Made by a program: the position numbers and the translations under genes. From Thermodesulfobacteriota bacterium (GTDB lineage Bacteria > Desulfobacterota_D > UBA1144): DNA of 64,000 nt. The stretch covers positions 109,625 through 173,624 of the forward strand of contig JAYYZJ010000005.1 in assembly GCA_036340075.1 (NCBI GenBank), written 5' to 3'. Positions 30,696-41,183 of this stretch are shown in pieces (positions within the stretch are counted from its first letter, which is position 1; each line of letters starts with the position of its first letter). Below the pieces are notes generated by a model. That model saw nothing but the letters and a program-made list of their open reading frames with translations, had not been told where the DNA came from and ran no database searches.

Positions 30696-31848
30696 AAAGA
30701 ATTTTGTAAGTATTTTGGGCTCAACTGGTTCAATAGGTAAACAAACCCTTTCTATAATTAAAGAGCAAAGTGATAAATTCAAAGTTGAATCTTTAGCCGC
30801 AGGGAAAAATATATCTTTGTTACTAAAACAAGTATCTGAATTTAAGCCTAAAAGTATATCTATAGAGAGCAAAAAAGATAAATTATTACTAGAAAAGAAT
30901 CCTCTTTTAAAAAAAATAAAAATTTTCAATGGCGACGAAGGACTTAAAAAGATAGCAAATAGCAAAACTATAAAATCTCTTGTAGTTGCCACAGCTGGAG
31001 TCAATGGCCTTATTCCAACTATTGATTGTTTAAAACAAGGAAAAAGAGTCTGTATAGCGAGCAAAGAAGTCTTTCTACTTTATGGAAAACAAATAATGAA
31101 AATAGCATCGAAGAACAATGCCGAAATTATACCCATAGATAGTGAGCATTCTGCATTGTTTCAATTAATTGCCAACGAGCCAACAGAAAACATAAGAAGA
31201 CTTTATATAACTGCATCAGGTGGTCCTTTCTTTAATAAGAAAAGAAAAGAACTTGAAAATGTTAAGCCTAGGGATGCTTTAAAACATCCTACTTGGAATA
31301 TGGGTAAAAAAATATCAATAGATTCAGCAACAATGATGAATAAGGCTATAGAGATAATTGAGGCATCAATAATGTTTGATATCAATCATAAGATGATTAC
31401 ACCTATTGTTAATCTTGATAGTAACATTCATGCTATAGCTGAATTTATTGATGGTACTTACTCTATATCTGGTAGTTACAATGATATGAGAATACCAATT
31501 AGTTATTCTCTTAATTATCCGCTTAGACAAAATAAAAAGAAATACAAATTTGAAATTCAAAAAAAGATAGAGCTGATACCAATAAAAGAAAAAGATTACG
31601 AAGCTATTAGAATTGCTAGAAGAGCAATTGAAATTGGGGGGACCATGCCAGCAATTATGAATGCAGCAAATTCTACAGCAGTTAATCAATTTCTAAATAA
31701 TAAAATTGAATTTCTTGATATTTATAGAGTTATCAAAAAAACAATGAAGAACAACATTCCTAAGCATAATGCTTCATTAAAAGAAGTTATTAAAATAAAT
31801 AAAGTTGCATCTGAGGATGCTTTTAGGATATCTAATCAGTTATATTAA
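30688..31848 (+). CDS. dxr: 1-deoxy-D-xylulose-5-phosphate reductoisomerase
   Basis: ILGSTGSIG, PIDSEHSA, TASGGPF and HPTWNMGKKISIDSATMMNK motifs; start set at ATG 30688. Confidence 0.96.
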   Translation: MNKKNFVSILGSTGSIGKQTLSIIKEQSDKFKVESLAAGKNISLLLKQVSEFKPKSISIESKKDKLLLEKNPLLKKIKIFNGDEGLKKIANSKTIKSLVVATAGVNGLIPTIDCLKQGKRVCIASKEVFLLYGKQIMKIASKNNAEIIPIDSEHSALFQLIANEPTENIRRLYITASGGPFFNKKRKELENVKPRDALKHPTWNMGKKISIDSATMMNKAIEIIEASIMFDINHKMITPIVNLDSNIHAIAEFIDGTYSISGSYNDMRIPISYSLNYPLRQNKKKYKFEIQKKIELIPIKEKDYEAIRIARRAIEIGGTMPAIMNAANSTAVNQFLNNKIEFLDIYRVIKKTMKNNIPKHNASLKEVIKINKVASEDAFRISNQLY

Positions 31849-31853
31849 TAAAC

Positions 31854-33182
31854 ATGACTAGCATAATTACTTTTCTTATAATTATTAGTTTTCTTATATT
31901 TGTTCACGAACTAGGACATTTGCTTGCTGCTAAATGGGCAAATGTAAAAGTTGAAGTCTTTTCAATCGGTTTTGGTAAAAAGCTTTTTTCTTTCAAATAT
32001 GGAGAAACTGAATACTCTCTATCTTTACTGCCTTTGGGTGGATACGTTAAGATGCATGGGGAAGATGCAATTGAAGAAGAATCTACAACCAACACAAAAA
32101 TTAAAATAGATGAAGATAGAAGCTATAAAAATCTACCTAATTATAAAAAACAAATTATTCTATTTGCTGGTCCATTGATGAATCTCTTAATACCATTTAT
32201 ATTTTTTCCAATAATTCATATGGGCGGCGTTGAGATGCCAGCATTTCTAGAAAAAGCACCTGTTGTTGGATATTATGAAGACAGCTCCAAAAACTCCTTG
32301 TTCAAGGAAAATGATTTAATTCTCAAAATTAATAATACAGATGTAGATTCATGGAAGTCTTTATTAAATAAAAAAAATGAGTTTATTGAGAATAATCAAA
32401 CAATATTTATAGTTAGAGATTCAGAAGTTAAAAAAATCAATATATTAAAGGATTCAAGCAATAAAGTTATTATTGATAAGATTTATCCAATTCAAGATCC
32501 AGTTGTATCTCAAGTAATACCCGGAAGCAAAGCTGAAGAAATTGGTTTAATGAAATCCGATATTATTAAAGAAATAAATGGGACAAAAATTTACAATTGG
32601 TATCAAATTAGTAGAGTCTTAAACACAAAAAATGTTTACGAATTTAGTGTAAAGATTCAAAGAGGGGATAATATTTTTGATAAAAATGTAATATTCGACT
32701 CAAATGCTAGTAGGAAATTATTAGGGATTTCTCCATTAATAGAACTAAAAGAAGAAAAACTAGGTTTCTTTTCCTCAATAAGTCGTGGCTTTCATGATTC
32801 TCTAAGGGCTATAGATTTAATATTTAATGGAATTATGAGCCTTCTTTCTGGACTATTCAGTTCAGAATCAAGTATGGGGGATATTAAAAATTCACTTGCT
32901 GGTCCTATAGCAATAGCAAAATATTCAGGCGCTGCTGCCGAAAAAGGAATTAATTCTTTGATTCAATTTATGATTGTAATAAGTATTAATCTCGGAATAA
33001 TAAACCTCCTACCTATACCGCTACTAGATGGTGGTCACATATTCTTCAATTCAATTGAAATGATTACAAGAAGAAAAATTAATCAGAAATTTTTAAATTT
33101 TGCAAATAGAATTGGTTTTGCAGCATTGATAACTTTGATGCTTTTTGCTATATATAACGACTTTGTAAATTTAGTAAAATAA
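31854..33182 (+). CDS. rseP: RIP metalloprotease RseP
   Basis: HELGH, FSIGFG, PLGGYVKM, PDZ domains and NLLPIPLLDGGH. Confidence 0.96.
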   Translation: MTSIITFLIIISFLIFVHELGHLLAAKWANVKVEVFSIGFGKKLFSFKYGETEYSLSLLPLGGYVKMHGEDAIEEESTTNTKIKIDEDRSYKNLPNYKKQIILFAGPLMNLLIPFIFFPIIHMGGVEMPAFLEKAPVVGYYEDSSKNSLFKENDLILKINNTDVDSWKSLLNKKNEFIENNQTIFIVRDSEVKKINILKDSSNKVIIDKIYPIQDPVVSQVIPGSKAEEIGLMKSDIIKEINGTKIYNWYQISRVLNTKNVYEFSVKIQRGDNIFDKNVIFDSNASRKLLGISPLIELKEEKLGFFSSISRGFHDSLRAIDLIFNGIMSLLSGLFSSESSMGDIKNSLAGPIAIAKYSGAAAEKGINSLIQFMIVISINLGIINLLPIPLLDGGHIFFNSIEMITRRKINQKFLNFANRIGFAALITLMLFAIYNDFVNLVK

Positions 33183-33866
33183 TCTTGTTAAATCCTTAAG
33201 GTTCTTCCTAATACAAGTAATAATTGGGGTATCCTTTTCAGTGAAAGCCCTAGCTTTTTGGCTTCTCATTTCCTCTACTAAATCTAAAAAGTCTTCAGGG
33301 AAATCAGTCTCAAATGATACCATTTGCTCTTGGTCATCAATACCAAAGGAATAAGATGTATTTATACTAACAGATGGGTACTTATGTCCCGTGGCTATAT
33401 GTTCAGTCATCATATCTTGCCTTTTTTTCTTAGACGACAAATACCATTCCACTTTTTTAATAAATGGATATACAATTAAATACTTTCTCTTTTTTGGAGA
33501 AATTTTAATTCTTGTTCCTTCTTGTTCAATTTTTTTATTTTTACTAACATATTGAGAATGCTTAGTCATAGACAGAAAAGAATACTTGTTTTGTACAAAA
33601 GCTCCTAGCCCTGATGCCATCAATTCTGAAGTCATATCTTCAAAATCTTCTAGTCTTTCTGACACTCGCCAGAACATGAAGTCAGTCTCTGGTCTCACGC
33701 CATAAGTTGAATAAAAGTTTAGAGTAATTTTCTTCTCATATTTATTCAAAATTCTTTCAATTTTTCTTAATAAAGCAGATTTTTCCTTTTTCTTGATTTC
33801 GTACCACTGGGGCAAGAATTTATAAAAAGTATAGTTTATATATTGTCTACCACTTGGTTTTCTCAT
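33171..33866 (-). CDS. Chlorite dismutase-family heme protein, probable coproheme decarboxylase (ChdC/HemQ-like)
   Basis: YSTYG.RPETDFMFW, YPFIKK.EWY, MM.EH...G..YP, SFGIDDQE and FET motifs; the distal Arg position of true Cld is Ile. Confidence 0.8.
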   Translation of the reverse strand: MRKPSGRQYINYTFYKFLPQWYEIKKKEKSALLRKIERILNKYEKKITLNFYSTYGVRPETDFMFWRVSERLEDFEDMTSELMASGLGAFVQNKYSFLSMTKHSQYVSKNKKIEQEGTRIKISPKKRKYLIVYPFIKKVEWYLSSKKKRQDMMTEHIATGHKYPSVSINTSYSFGIDDQEQMVSFETDFPEDFLDLVEEMRSQKARAFTEKDTPIITCIRKNLKDLTRLFY

Positions 33867-33868
33867 TT

Positions 33869-34585
33869 TTATAATACATCTCCTGGATTCATTACATAAA
33901 CATTAACTCCTAAGTCTTTAACAAGTTCAAGATACTCTTCTGGAGTTCCAACTAATACTGGAAAAGTAGCATAATGAAAAGGAATAACATTCTTTACACC
34001 TAGAAGTTTTGTAGCATAAAATGCCTCTTTCGGTCCCATGGTAAAATGATCTCCTATCGGTAATACAGCTAAGTCAGGAGAATATATATCGCCAATCAAT
34101 TTCATATCTGAAAATACTGCTGTGTCTCCTGCAAAATAAATAGCGAAACCATTTTTGAATGTAACAACAAATCCATTAGCAACTCCACCATATAACATTG
34201 CTTCTGAAGCTTCATCAGCTATTCCTGAAGCATGGACCGCATTAACCATAGTTACTTTTATATCGTTATCTATAGGTTGTGTTCCCCCTATTCCCATTGG
34301 CAAAGTATTGGAAATACCTTTTGCATTAAGCCATGTAGAAATTTCAATACTTGTAATTATTTTTGCTTCTTTGTTAAGCTCGCATGCTGGAAATAAATCT
34401 CCAATATGATCAAAGTGTCCATGCGTAATTAATATATAATCAATATCTTTAGGTTCTTGAAGATTCTCTGGGCATGCAGGATTGTTCTTTAGCCAGGGAT
34501 CTATTAATAACCTAGTTCCATCTTTTGTCTCCACTATATATGTAGAATGACCTACATATGTTATATCTACTTCTTTGTTGTCCAT
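33869..34585 (-). CDS. Metal-dependent hydrolase, MBL fold (UPF0173)
   Basis: GHS...IDPW, THGHFDH, YFAGDT, LPIGDHFTMGP and PFHY.TFP motifs; start at ATG 34585 behind AGGAGG. Confidence 0.92.
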   Translation of the reverse strand: MDNKEVDITYVGHSTYIVETKDGTRLLIDPWLKNNPACPENLQEPKDIDYILITHGHFDHIGDLFPACELNKEAKIITSIEISTWLNAKGISNTLPMGIGGTQPIDNDIKVTMVNAVHASGIADEASEAMLYGGVANGFVVTFKNGFAIYFAGDTAVFSDMKLIGDIYSPDLAVLPIGDHFTMGPKEAFYATKLLGVKNVIPFHYATFPVLVGTPEEYLELVKDLGVNVYVMNPGDVL

Positions 34586-34662
34586 AATACTCCTCCTGGA
34601 TATTAAAATTATAATTAAATCCATGTTATGATATACGAAAAAAAAAGTGAGTTCAAATTGAA

Positions 34663-35922
34663 GTGATAGACCCTAATTTTATATATGAAAATGAAGAACT
34701 AGTTAAGAGAAAATTTGCTGAAAAGGGCTATGATTTCGACTTTAAATATTTTTCTAGAGTTTACACTGGTCGGAAAAAAGTTATTCAAGATTTAGAAGAG
34801 CTTAGAAAAAAACAAAATGATTTCAATAAAATGATATCGGACGAAAAAAGAAAGCCTAATGATTCCGAACTAGAGAAAATCAAGGAATTATCAACTCAGA
34901 TTAAGCAAGCCGAAGAACTTAGAAGAAATGCTGATGGCTTATTCAATGTAGTACTTTTACAATATCCAAATATTCATGATGACACTGTACCAGCTGGAAA
35001 ATCATCTAATGAAAACAAGACTATCAAAGAAGTTGGCAAAATAAGAACTTTTGATTTCAAAATTAGTGACCATACGGAAATAGGGAAGAATTTAAATTTG
35101 TTTGACTTAGAAGTAGCAGCAAAAATAACTGGGACAAGATTTAATCTATATAAAGGCTTGGGCGCTAAACTTGAAAGAGCTTTGATTAATTTCATGCTAG
35201 ACGAACATGGGAAAAAAGGGTATGAAGAAATTTTTCCACCATTCATTTGTAATGAAAATAGTTTTATTGGTACTGGCAATTTACCAAAATTTGAACAAGA
35301 TTTATTTAAAATAGAAGGAACAAAAAACTATTTAATACCAACTGCAGAAGTGCCACTTACTAATATTCATTCTGAAGAAATTTTAAGTATTTCTAGATTT
35401 CCAATTAAGTATGTAGCGTATAGTGCTTGCTTCCGTTCGGAAGCTGGATCTTATGGAAAGGACGTGAAAGGATTAATAAGACAACATCAATTTAATAAAA
35501 TAGAACTTGTAAAATTTGTCGATGAACAATCTTCGTATGAAGAATTAGAAACTTTAACAGAAGATGCTTGCAGTATATTAGATAAATTAAAATTGCCATA
35601 CAGAGTGGTAACCTTGTGCTCCGGGGATATGAGTTTCTCCTCTGCTAAAACATATGACATTGAAGTTTGGCTACCTTCTGAAAACCAATATAGAGAAATA
35701 TCTTCTTGTAGTAATTTTTGCTCGTTTCAAGCTAGAAGAGCAAATATTCGTTACAAGATTGATAACAAAACTAAGTTTGCTCATACATTAAATGGTTCAG
35801 GTCTGGCTGTCGGTAGAACATTGATTGCAATTCTTGAAAATTATCAAAATAAAGATGGAAGTGTTGAAATACCTGAAATCCTCATACCTTATATGAATAA
35901 TTTAAAAAAGATAGAGGTCTAA
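34663..35922 (+). CDS. serS: Serine--tRNA ligase
   Basis: LIPTAEVP, FRSEAGSYG..GLIRQHQF, REISSCS and TLNGSGLAVGR motifs; GTG start. Confidence 0.97.
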   Translation: MIDPNFIYENEELVKRKFAEKGYDFDFKYFSRVYTGRKKVIQDLEELRKKQNDFNKMISDEKRKPNDSELEKIKELSTQIKQAEELRRNADGLFNVVLLQYPNIHDDTVPAGKSSNENKTIKEVGKIRTFDFKISDHTEIGKNLNLFDLEVAAKITGTRFNLYKGLGAKLERALINFMLDEHGKKGYEEIFPPFICNENSFIGTGNLPKFEQDLFKIEGTKNYLIPTAEVPLTNIHSEEILSISRFPIKYVAYSACFRSEAGSYGKDVKGLIRQHQFNKIELVKFVDEQSSYEELETLTEDACSILDKLKLPYRVVTLCSGDMSFSSAKTYDIEVWLPSENQYREISSCSNFCSFQARRANIRYKIDNKTKFAHTLNGSGLAVGRTLIAILENYQNKDGSVEIPEILIPYMNNLKKIEV

Positions 35923-36473
35923 ATATTTAGAATTTCTTTTTCTTTTTTACCACTTTCATTATTTATTAATTCTATGTAATTATCTGTGTGATTTTGTATT
36001 CTTTTTAAACCTGTTTTCTCATCGTCTGATGTTATCACTTTAGATTTCTGCAGTTTCTTTACTTCTTCATTAAACTCTTTTCTTATGTTACGTATTGAGA
36101 TTCTGAATGATTCAGTTTCCTTATTAAGAAACTTAACAAGCTCCTCTCTTCTTTCTTGAGTTAGAGGTGGCACATTAATAATAATTACATCTTTCTCAAT
36201 ATTAGGATTAAATCCAAGGTCGGATTTTTGTATTGATTTAACAATTTCTTCTGAGACACTCTGATCATAGGGTGTAATTAATATTGTAGAGCTCTCATTC
36301 ATATTTATATTGCATACTTGATTTAAAGGGGTTGGAGCCCCATAGTAGTCTACTTTTATTTCATCAAACAAAGCCTTATTTATCGAACCTCCTCTAATTT
36401 TTGAGATTTCTTTAGTAAAAGACTCTAAAGTTTTTTTCATTTTTGATTCACATTCTATTATCAAATTATCCAT
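35919..36473 (-). CDS. frr: Ribosome recycling factor
   Basis: VDYYGAPTPLNQ, PPLTQERR and RISIRNIR motifs; follows pyrH. Confidence 0.95.
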   Translation of the reverse strand: MDNLIIECESKMKKTLESFTKEISKIRGGSINKALFDEIKVDYYGAPTPLNQVCNINMNESSTILITPYDQSVSEEIVKSIQKSDLGFNPNIEKDVIIINVPPLTQERREELVKFLNKETESFRISIRNIRKEFNEEVKKLQKSKVITSDDEKTGLKRIQNHTDNYIELINNESGKKEKEILNI

Positions 36474-36474
36474 T

Positions 36475-37197
36475 TTAACTAACGATAGTACCTATCTTTT
36501 TACCTTCTATAATTTTCCTTATATTGTTTTTAACAAACAGATTAAAAACACATATTGGGATTTTGTTGTCTTTACAAAGAGAAATTGCTGTTGAATCCAT
36601 TATTTCCAGCTCTTTTTCTAGTACTTCCATATATTTCAACTTATTAAACATTTTAGCATCACTATGCTTAATTGGATCCTTATTGTAGACACCATTTACT
36701 TTTGTAGCCTTTAAAATTATTTCTGCATTAATCTCTAATGCTCTTAATGAAGCTGCTGTATCTGTTGTAAAATAAGGATTACCTGTTCCTGCGGCGAATA
36801 TAACAACTCGTCCTTTTTCTAAATGTCTCATTGCTCTTCTTTGAATATAAGGTTCTGCAACTCTGTTTAATTCTAATGCAGTCTGGACTCTGGTAGCTAG
36901 CCCTTCTTTCTCTAGGAAATGCTGTAGGGCTAAGGAATTAATTGCAGTAGCTAGCATTCCCATATAATCAGCAGTAGTCCTATCCATACCCTGAGCAGAT
37001 GCGGATACACCTCTGTAAATATTACCTCCACCTATCACTATAGAAACTTGGACTCCTAACTTAACAACTTCAGCAATTTCATTTGCAATTCTTAAAAGTG
37101 TTTTATTGTCTATTCCGTATCCTAAATCGCCCTGTAAAGCTTCTCCACTAAGTTTTAGTAGAACTCTAGTGTAATGAGTTTTTTTTCTTCTAACCAT
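36475..37197 (-). CDS. pyrH: UMP kinase
   Basis: [19 protein letters not shown] and [10 protein letters not shown] motifs; start set at ATG 37197. Confidence 0.97.
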   Translation of the reverse strand: MVRRKKTHYTRVLLKLSGEALQGDLGYGIDNKTLLRIANEIAEVVKLGVQVSIVIGGGNIYRGVSASAQGMDRTTADYMGMLATAINSLALQHFLEKEGLATRVQTALELNRVAEPYIQRRAMRHLEKGRVVIFAAGTGNPYFTTDTAASLRALEINAEIILKATKVNGVYNKDPIKHSDAKMFNKLKYMEVLEKELEIMDSTAISLCKDNKIPICVFNLFVKNNIRKIIEGKKIGTIVS

Positions 37198-37804
37198 CAG
37201 TTTGAGTTTCACCAACCTGATATCGAATAAATCTAGATATCTTTATATTTTCTCCTAATTTGGAGACTAGCTCATTTACCAAATCTTCGATTTTCATCTT
37301 AGAGTCTCTAATGTAGACTTGATTCATCAAACAACTCTCTTCGAGTCTTTTGTTTAGTTTCCCTTCAATCATTTTTTCTGCCACTTCAGCTTTCTTTCCT
37401 GATTCTTCGACTTGAGCAATAATAATTTTTCTTTCATTTTCAACAAAATTATCATCTATATCTTCTTTAGAAACAAAAGTTGGATCAGAGGCAGCTATTT
37501 GCATTGCTATTTCTCTTGCAAATGATTGAAATTCATCATTTCTTGCAACAAAATCAGTTTCACAATTTATTTCTACTAAGACTCCTATTTTTCCACCTGC
37601 GTGTATATAAGAAAACACAAGTCCTTCAGGAGTATTTCTACCACTCTTTTTTTCAACCTTTGATAAACCTTTTATTTTAAGAATCTCGATAGCTTTTTCA
37701 GTATCACCATCAGCTTCGCTAAGCGCATTTTTACACTCTAACAAAGGGGCTCCAGTTCTTTCTCTTACTTCTCTTATCAGTTCTGGAGAGACGGAATCAC
37801 TCAT
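37190..37804 (-). CDS. tsf: Elongation factor Ts (short form)
   Basis: RERTGA....[26 protein letters not shown] and LGENI.I.RF motifs; 204 aa. Confidence 0.97.
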   Translation of the reverse strand: MSDSVSPELIREVRERTGAPLLECKNALSEADGDTEKAIEILKIKGLSKVEKKSGRNTPEGLVFSYIHAGGKIGVLVEINCETDFVARNDEFQSFAREIAMQIAASDPTFVSKEDIDDNFVENERKIIIAQVEESGKKAEVAEKMIEGKLNKRLEESCLMNQVYIRDSKMKIEDLVNELVSKLGENIKISRFIRYQVGETQTDG

Positions 37805-37806
37805 AA

Positions 37807-38694
37807 TTATTCCTTTTCGGTTTCTAATTCATTTTTAGATTCAGAGTAGGCAATGGAATCTTCTTCATCTTTTGTATCTGTTTTAAATACAAAAGCTTTT
37901 CTCTCAACAAGAAAATCATTTTCTTCTTTGTTTGGAGTAATTTCACCTGATTTTACTTTTTCATTGTATATATGTTTGCCTTCAGTACAAGCATTTGCAA
38001 TCTTTTCTATACATAATTTCACTGCTCTAACCGCATCATCATTACTTGGAATAATGTAATCAGCATCTGCTGGATCTGCATTGGTATCAACTATACCAAC
38101 GATTGGTATACCAATTTTCTTTGCTTCTCTAATAGCTATATCTTCTTTCTTTGTGTCTACTACAAAAATAGCTCCTGGCATCTTCCTCATATTTAAAATA
38201 CCATTCAATAAATATTCTAGTTTCTTCATTTCTCTATTAAGGGAAATTTGTTCTTTTTTTGGTAGATTATCCATTTCCCCATCTTCTTTTAATTTTCTTA
38301 ATTGAATTAGATATTCAACTCTTGAACGAATAGTATTAAAATTAGTAAGTGTTCCACCTAACCATCGTGAATTAACAAAAGGCATATCACATTCAAGTGC
38401 TTGTTCCTGTATCAATGCTTGGGCTTGCTTTTTTGTCCCAACAAACAATATATCCTTCCCTGAAGAAACCAAATCTCTTACAAAATCATATGCAATTAAA
38501 AAAGATTTTAGAGTTTTTTGTAAATCAATTATATGAATACCATTACGTGATCCATAAATATATTCCTTCATTGCGGGATTCCACTGGCTTGATTGGTGTC
38601 CAAAATGAACTCCAGCTTCAAGGAGCTGTTTCATCGTAATAACACCATCTTCGGCTTGTTCAGCTTGAAGATCTTGTACTTGTTCGTCACTCAT
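37807..38694 (-). CDS. rpsB: 30S ribosomal protein S2
   Basis: LLEAGVHFGHQ..WNP, FVGTKKQAQ, RWLGGTLTN and NDDA motifs. Confidence 0.97.
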   Translation of the reverse strand: MSDEQVQDLQAEQAEDGVITMKQLLEAGVHFGHQSSQWNPAMKEYIYGSRNGIHIIDLQKTLKSFLIAYDFVRDLVSSGKDILFVGTKKQAQALIQEQALECDMPFVNSRWLGGTLTNFNTIRSRVEYLIQLRKLKEDGEMDNLPKKEQISLNREMKKLEYLLNGILNMRKMPGAIFVVDTKKEDIAIREAKKIGIPIVGIVDTNADPADADYIIPSNDDAVRAVKLCIEKIANACTEGKHIYNEKVKSGEITPNKEENDFLVERKAFVFKTDTKDEEDSIAYSESKNELETEKE

Positions 38695-38801
38695 TAAGCT
38701 GAAAAGTTAACATAAATAATATTAAAATCAAATCGTGTCCATAAATTCTATTCTATAAAAAAATACGATAAATGATATATTATATAGGGTTTAGATGGAA
38801 T

Positions 38802-38884
38802 GGAGGGCTGGCAGAATTGGCAATGCACCGGTCTTGAAAACCGGCGTCCTCACGGACTTCAGGGTTCGAGTCCCTGGCCCTCCG
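38802..38884 (+). tRNA. tRNA-Ser (anticodon TGA), no encoded CCA
   Basis: GGAGGGC/GCCCTCC acceptor with G discriminator, CCGGT-CTTGAAA-ACCGG arm, long variable arm, GGTTCGAGTCC. Confidence 0.96.
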
Positions 38885-38891
38885 GAATTTT

Positions 38892-39725
38892 ATGAGTTTT
38901 AATATTGTATCTACACCAATAGGAAACCTTGAAGATATTTCAAATAGAGCTATTAGAACGCTTAAGAACTCAGAGATTATACTCTGTGAAAAAAAAACAA
39001 GGGCCATTAAATTATTAAATCATTTAAAAATCAAACCAGAGTTACTAATTCCTTATCATGATGAAAAATTTAACAAGATATCAAAATTGGTTATTAAGGA
39101 ACTAAATAATGAGAAGACTATTTCGTTAATTTCTGATGCAGGGACTCCATTGATTTCTGACCCAGGATTCAAACTAATCTCTGAATTGATTAAAAATAAT
39201 ATAGAGCCAGTAACAATTCCAGGTCCCTCGTCAGTTATATCAAGTCTTACGTTGTCAGGCATGGATATAAGTAATTTTATTTTTCTAGGTTTCCTTCCTA
39301 AAAGAGATAAAAAGATTCTGGAAATTTTAAAAAAGAATTTATCTGTATATATACCGGTTGTTATCTTTTCTAATTCAAAGAATCTAAAAATAATTCTGAG
39401 AATTATAGAAAAGAACTTTTCAAGCTCATCTATATCAATCTCCAAAGAAATATCAAAGATAAATGAAGAAACTCGAAGAGGTACTATCGATTATATTTTA
39501 AAAAATATAGAGGATACATTTTATAATAAAGGTGAGTTTGTACTAATAGTAAAAAATGAGCCTAGCAATAACAGTAATCAAATAAATGAATTATTAGAGT
39601 TTCTAGAAATCTTTAAAAATGAAGGAATCTCCCTCAAAAAAACTGTAGATATATTAAATAAAAAATTTAACATAGGGAAAAAAGTAATTTACTCTGAGGC
39701 TTTAAAGAAATGGAATCAAGATTAA
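38892..39725 (+). CDS. rsmI: 16S rRNA C1402 2'-O-methyltransferase
   Basis: VSTPIGNLEDIS.RA, ISDAGTPLISDPG, IPGPS and KGEFVLIV motifs. Confidence 0.95.
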   Translation: MSFNIVSTPIGNLEDISNRAIRTLKNSEIILCEKKTRAIKLLNHLKIKPELLIPYHDEKFNKISKLVIKELNNEKTISLISDAGTPLISDPGFKLISELIKNNIEPVTIPGPSSVISSLTLSGMDISNFIFLGFLPKRDKKILEILKKNLSVYIPVVIFSNSKNLKIILRIIEKNFSSSSISISKEISKINEETRRGTIDYILKNIEDTFYNKGEFVLIVKNEPSNNSNQINELLEFLEIFKNEGISLKKTVDILNKKFNIGKKVIYSEALKKWNQD

Positions 39726-41179
39726 GGCTTTTGGGTGAAAGAAACTTCATTCTCTATCAATGCGGATATCTTTAGTAATTTATTTTCTTCCATTTTATTT
39801 GCGGTCAATTGAATTCCAATAGGTAGATTAGTTCTTGATAATACAAATGGTATAGATATAGATGGTAGTTCAGCTAAGTTTGCTGGTATAGTCAAAATAT
39901 CTGACAAATACATACTAAGTGGATTATCTTTTTTCTCACCAATATTAAATGGCAATTCTGGACAAGTTGGAGACAAAATACAATCGACATCTTTGAAGGC
40001 TAAATTAAAATCATTAATTATCATATTTTTAACATTAATTGCTTTAAGATAATAAGCATCATAATATCCTGAAGATAATGCGTACGTTCCAAGCATAATT
40101 CTTCTCTTAACTTCTTCGCCAAAACCTTTGGAACGATTATTAACATAAAAATCTTCTAAATCACCTTCTTTAATATCTTCTGAAAAACCATACCTAACAC
40201 CATCATATCTAGATAAATTAGAGCTAGCCTCTGATGGTGCAATAATATAGTAAGTTGCAACAGCATATTTTGTATTTGGTAGTTCTACATCTTTTATTGT
40301 AAATCCTGACGACTTAAGGGTTTTAATCAAATTCTTGAAATTATCATTTACTTCATCATTCATTCCTTCTGCTAGCATTGATGATGGTACGCCAATAGTA
40401 AATTCTTGAGGAGTAAAAGCTCCATTTTTTAAAATATTATATGATTCTGTGCTAGCAATGTTAGCAGAAGTAGAATCTTTAGAATCAAAACCTGTCAGCA
40501 AATCAAGCAAAATTGCAGCATCATTTACACTTGTTGTTAGGGGGCCGGCTTGATCTAGAGAAGACGAGAAAGCAATCATTCCATATCTACTAATCCTTCC
40601 GTAAGAAGGCTTGAGTCCAACGATTCCGCAAAAAGAAGCTGGCTGTCTGATTGAACCTCCAGTATCAGTTCCTATAGATGCAATAGCCAAACCTGCAGCA
40701 ACTGCTGCAGCAGAACCTCCACTTGATCCTCCTGGAACTTTATTCGTATCCCACGGGTTAAAAGTTGGACCATAATACGAAGTTTCGGTAGATGAACCCA
40801 TTGCAAATTCATCCATATTGTTTTTTCCTAAAATTATTGCTCCAGCTGATTCTAATTTTTCGTATACTGTAGAACTATAATTTGAAACATAGTTGCTAAG
40901 CATTTTTGATCCACAAGTACAAAGCTCGTTTTTAACTAAGAATATATCTTTTAAGCTGATTGGAACACCATGCACTTCGCTTTTATAATTCTCATTTTTA
41001 ATATCTTCATCGACAATCTTTGAGCTCTCAATCGCAGCTTCTTTAAATAAAGTTATATAAGAATTAAGCTTTGGGTCAGTCTCTTCTATTCTATCAAATA
41101 AGGTTTTTGTTATCTCGGAAGGAAGAAATTCTTTATTTCTATAACCATTAATAATACTTTCAATAGTCATTCTTTTCAT
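39722..41179 (-). CDS. gatA: Asp/Glu-tRNA amidotransferase subunit A
   Basis: Amidase signature [29 protein letters not shown] and GYYDAYY. Confidence 0.97.
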   Translation of the reverse strand: MKRMTIESIINGYRNKEFLPSEITKTLFDRIEETDPKLNSYITLFKEAAIESSKIVDEDIKNENYKSEVHGVPISLKDIFLVKNELCTCGSKMLSNYVSNYSSTVYEKLESAGAIILGKNNMDEFAMGSSTETSYYGPTFNPWDTNKVPGGSSGGSAAAVAAGLAIASIGTDTGGSIRQPASFCGIVGLKPSYGRISRYGMIAFSSSLDQAGPLTTSVNDAAILLDLLTGFDSKDSTSANIASTESYNILKNGAFTPQEFTIGVPSSMLAEGMNDEVNDNFKNLIKTLKSSGFTIKDVELPNTKYAVATYYIIAPSEASSNLSRYDGVRYGFSEDIKEGDLEDFYVNNRSKGFGEEVKRRIMLGTYALSSGYYDAYYLKAINVKNMIINDFNLAFKDVDCILSPTCPELPFNIGEKKDNPLSMYLSDILTIPANLAELPSISIPFVLSRTNLPIGIQLTANKMEENKLLKISALIENEVSFTQKP

Positions 41180-41183
41180 TTAA

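Noticed and set aside
33171..33866. True chlorite dismutase / perchlorate respiration
   Set aside because: The catalytic distal Arg is absent and no pcr/clr genes are nearby
38705..38732. dif-like sequence on the minus strand (TTTGATTTTAA-TATTAT-TTATGTTAACT)
   Set aside because: The XerD-like arm matches well but the XerC arm is poor. The same bases are better explained as the rpsB promoter (TTGATT-16-TAACTT), and such matches arise easily in AT-rich DNA. A genome-wide GC-skew analysis would settle it.
38780..39007. 75-aa minus-strand ORF
   Set aside because: Antisense shadow of tRNA-Ser and the start of rsmI
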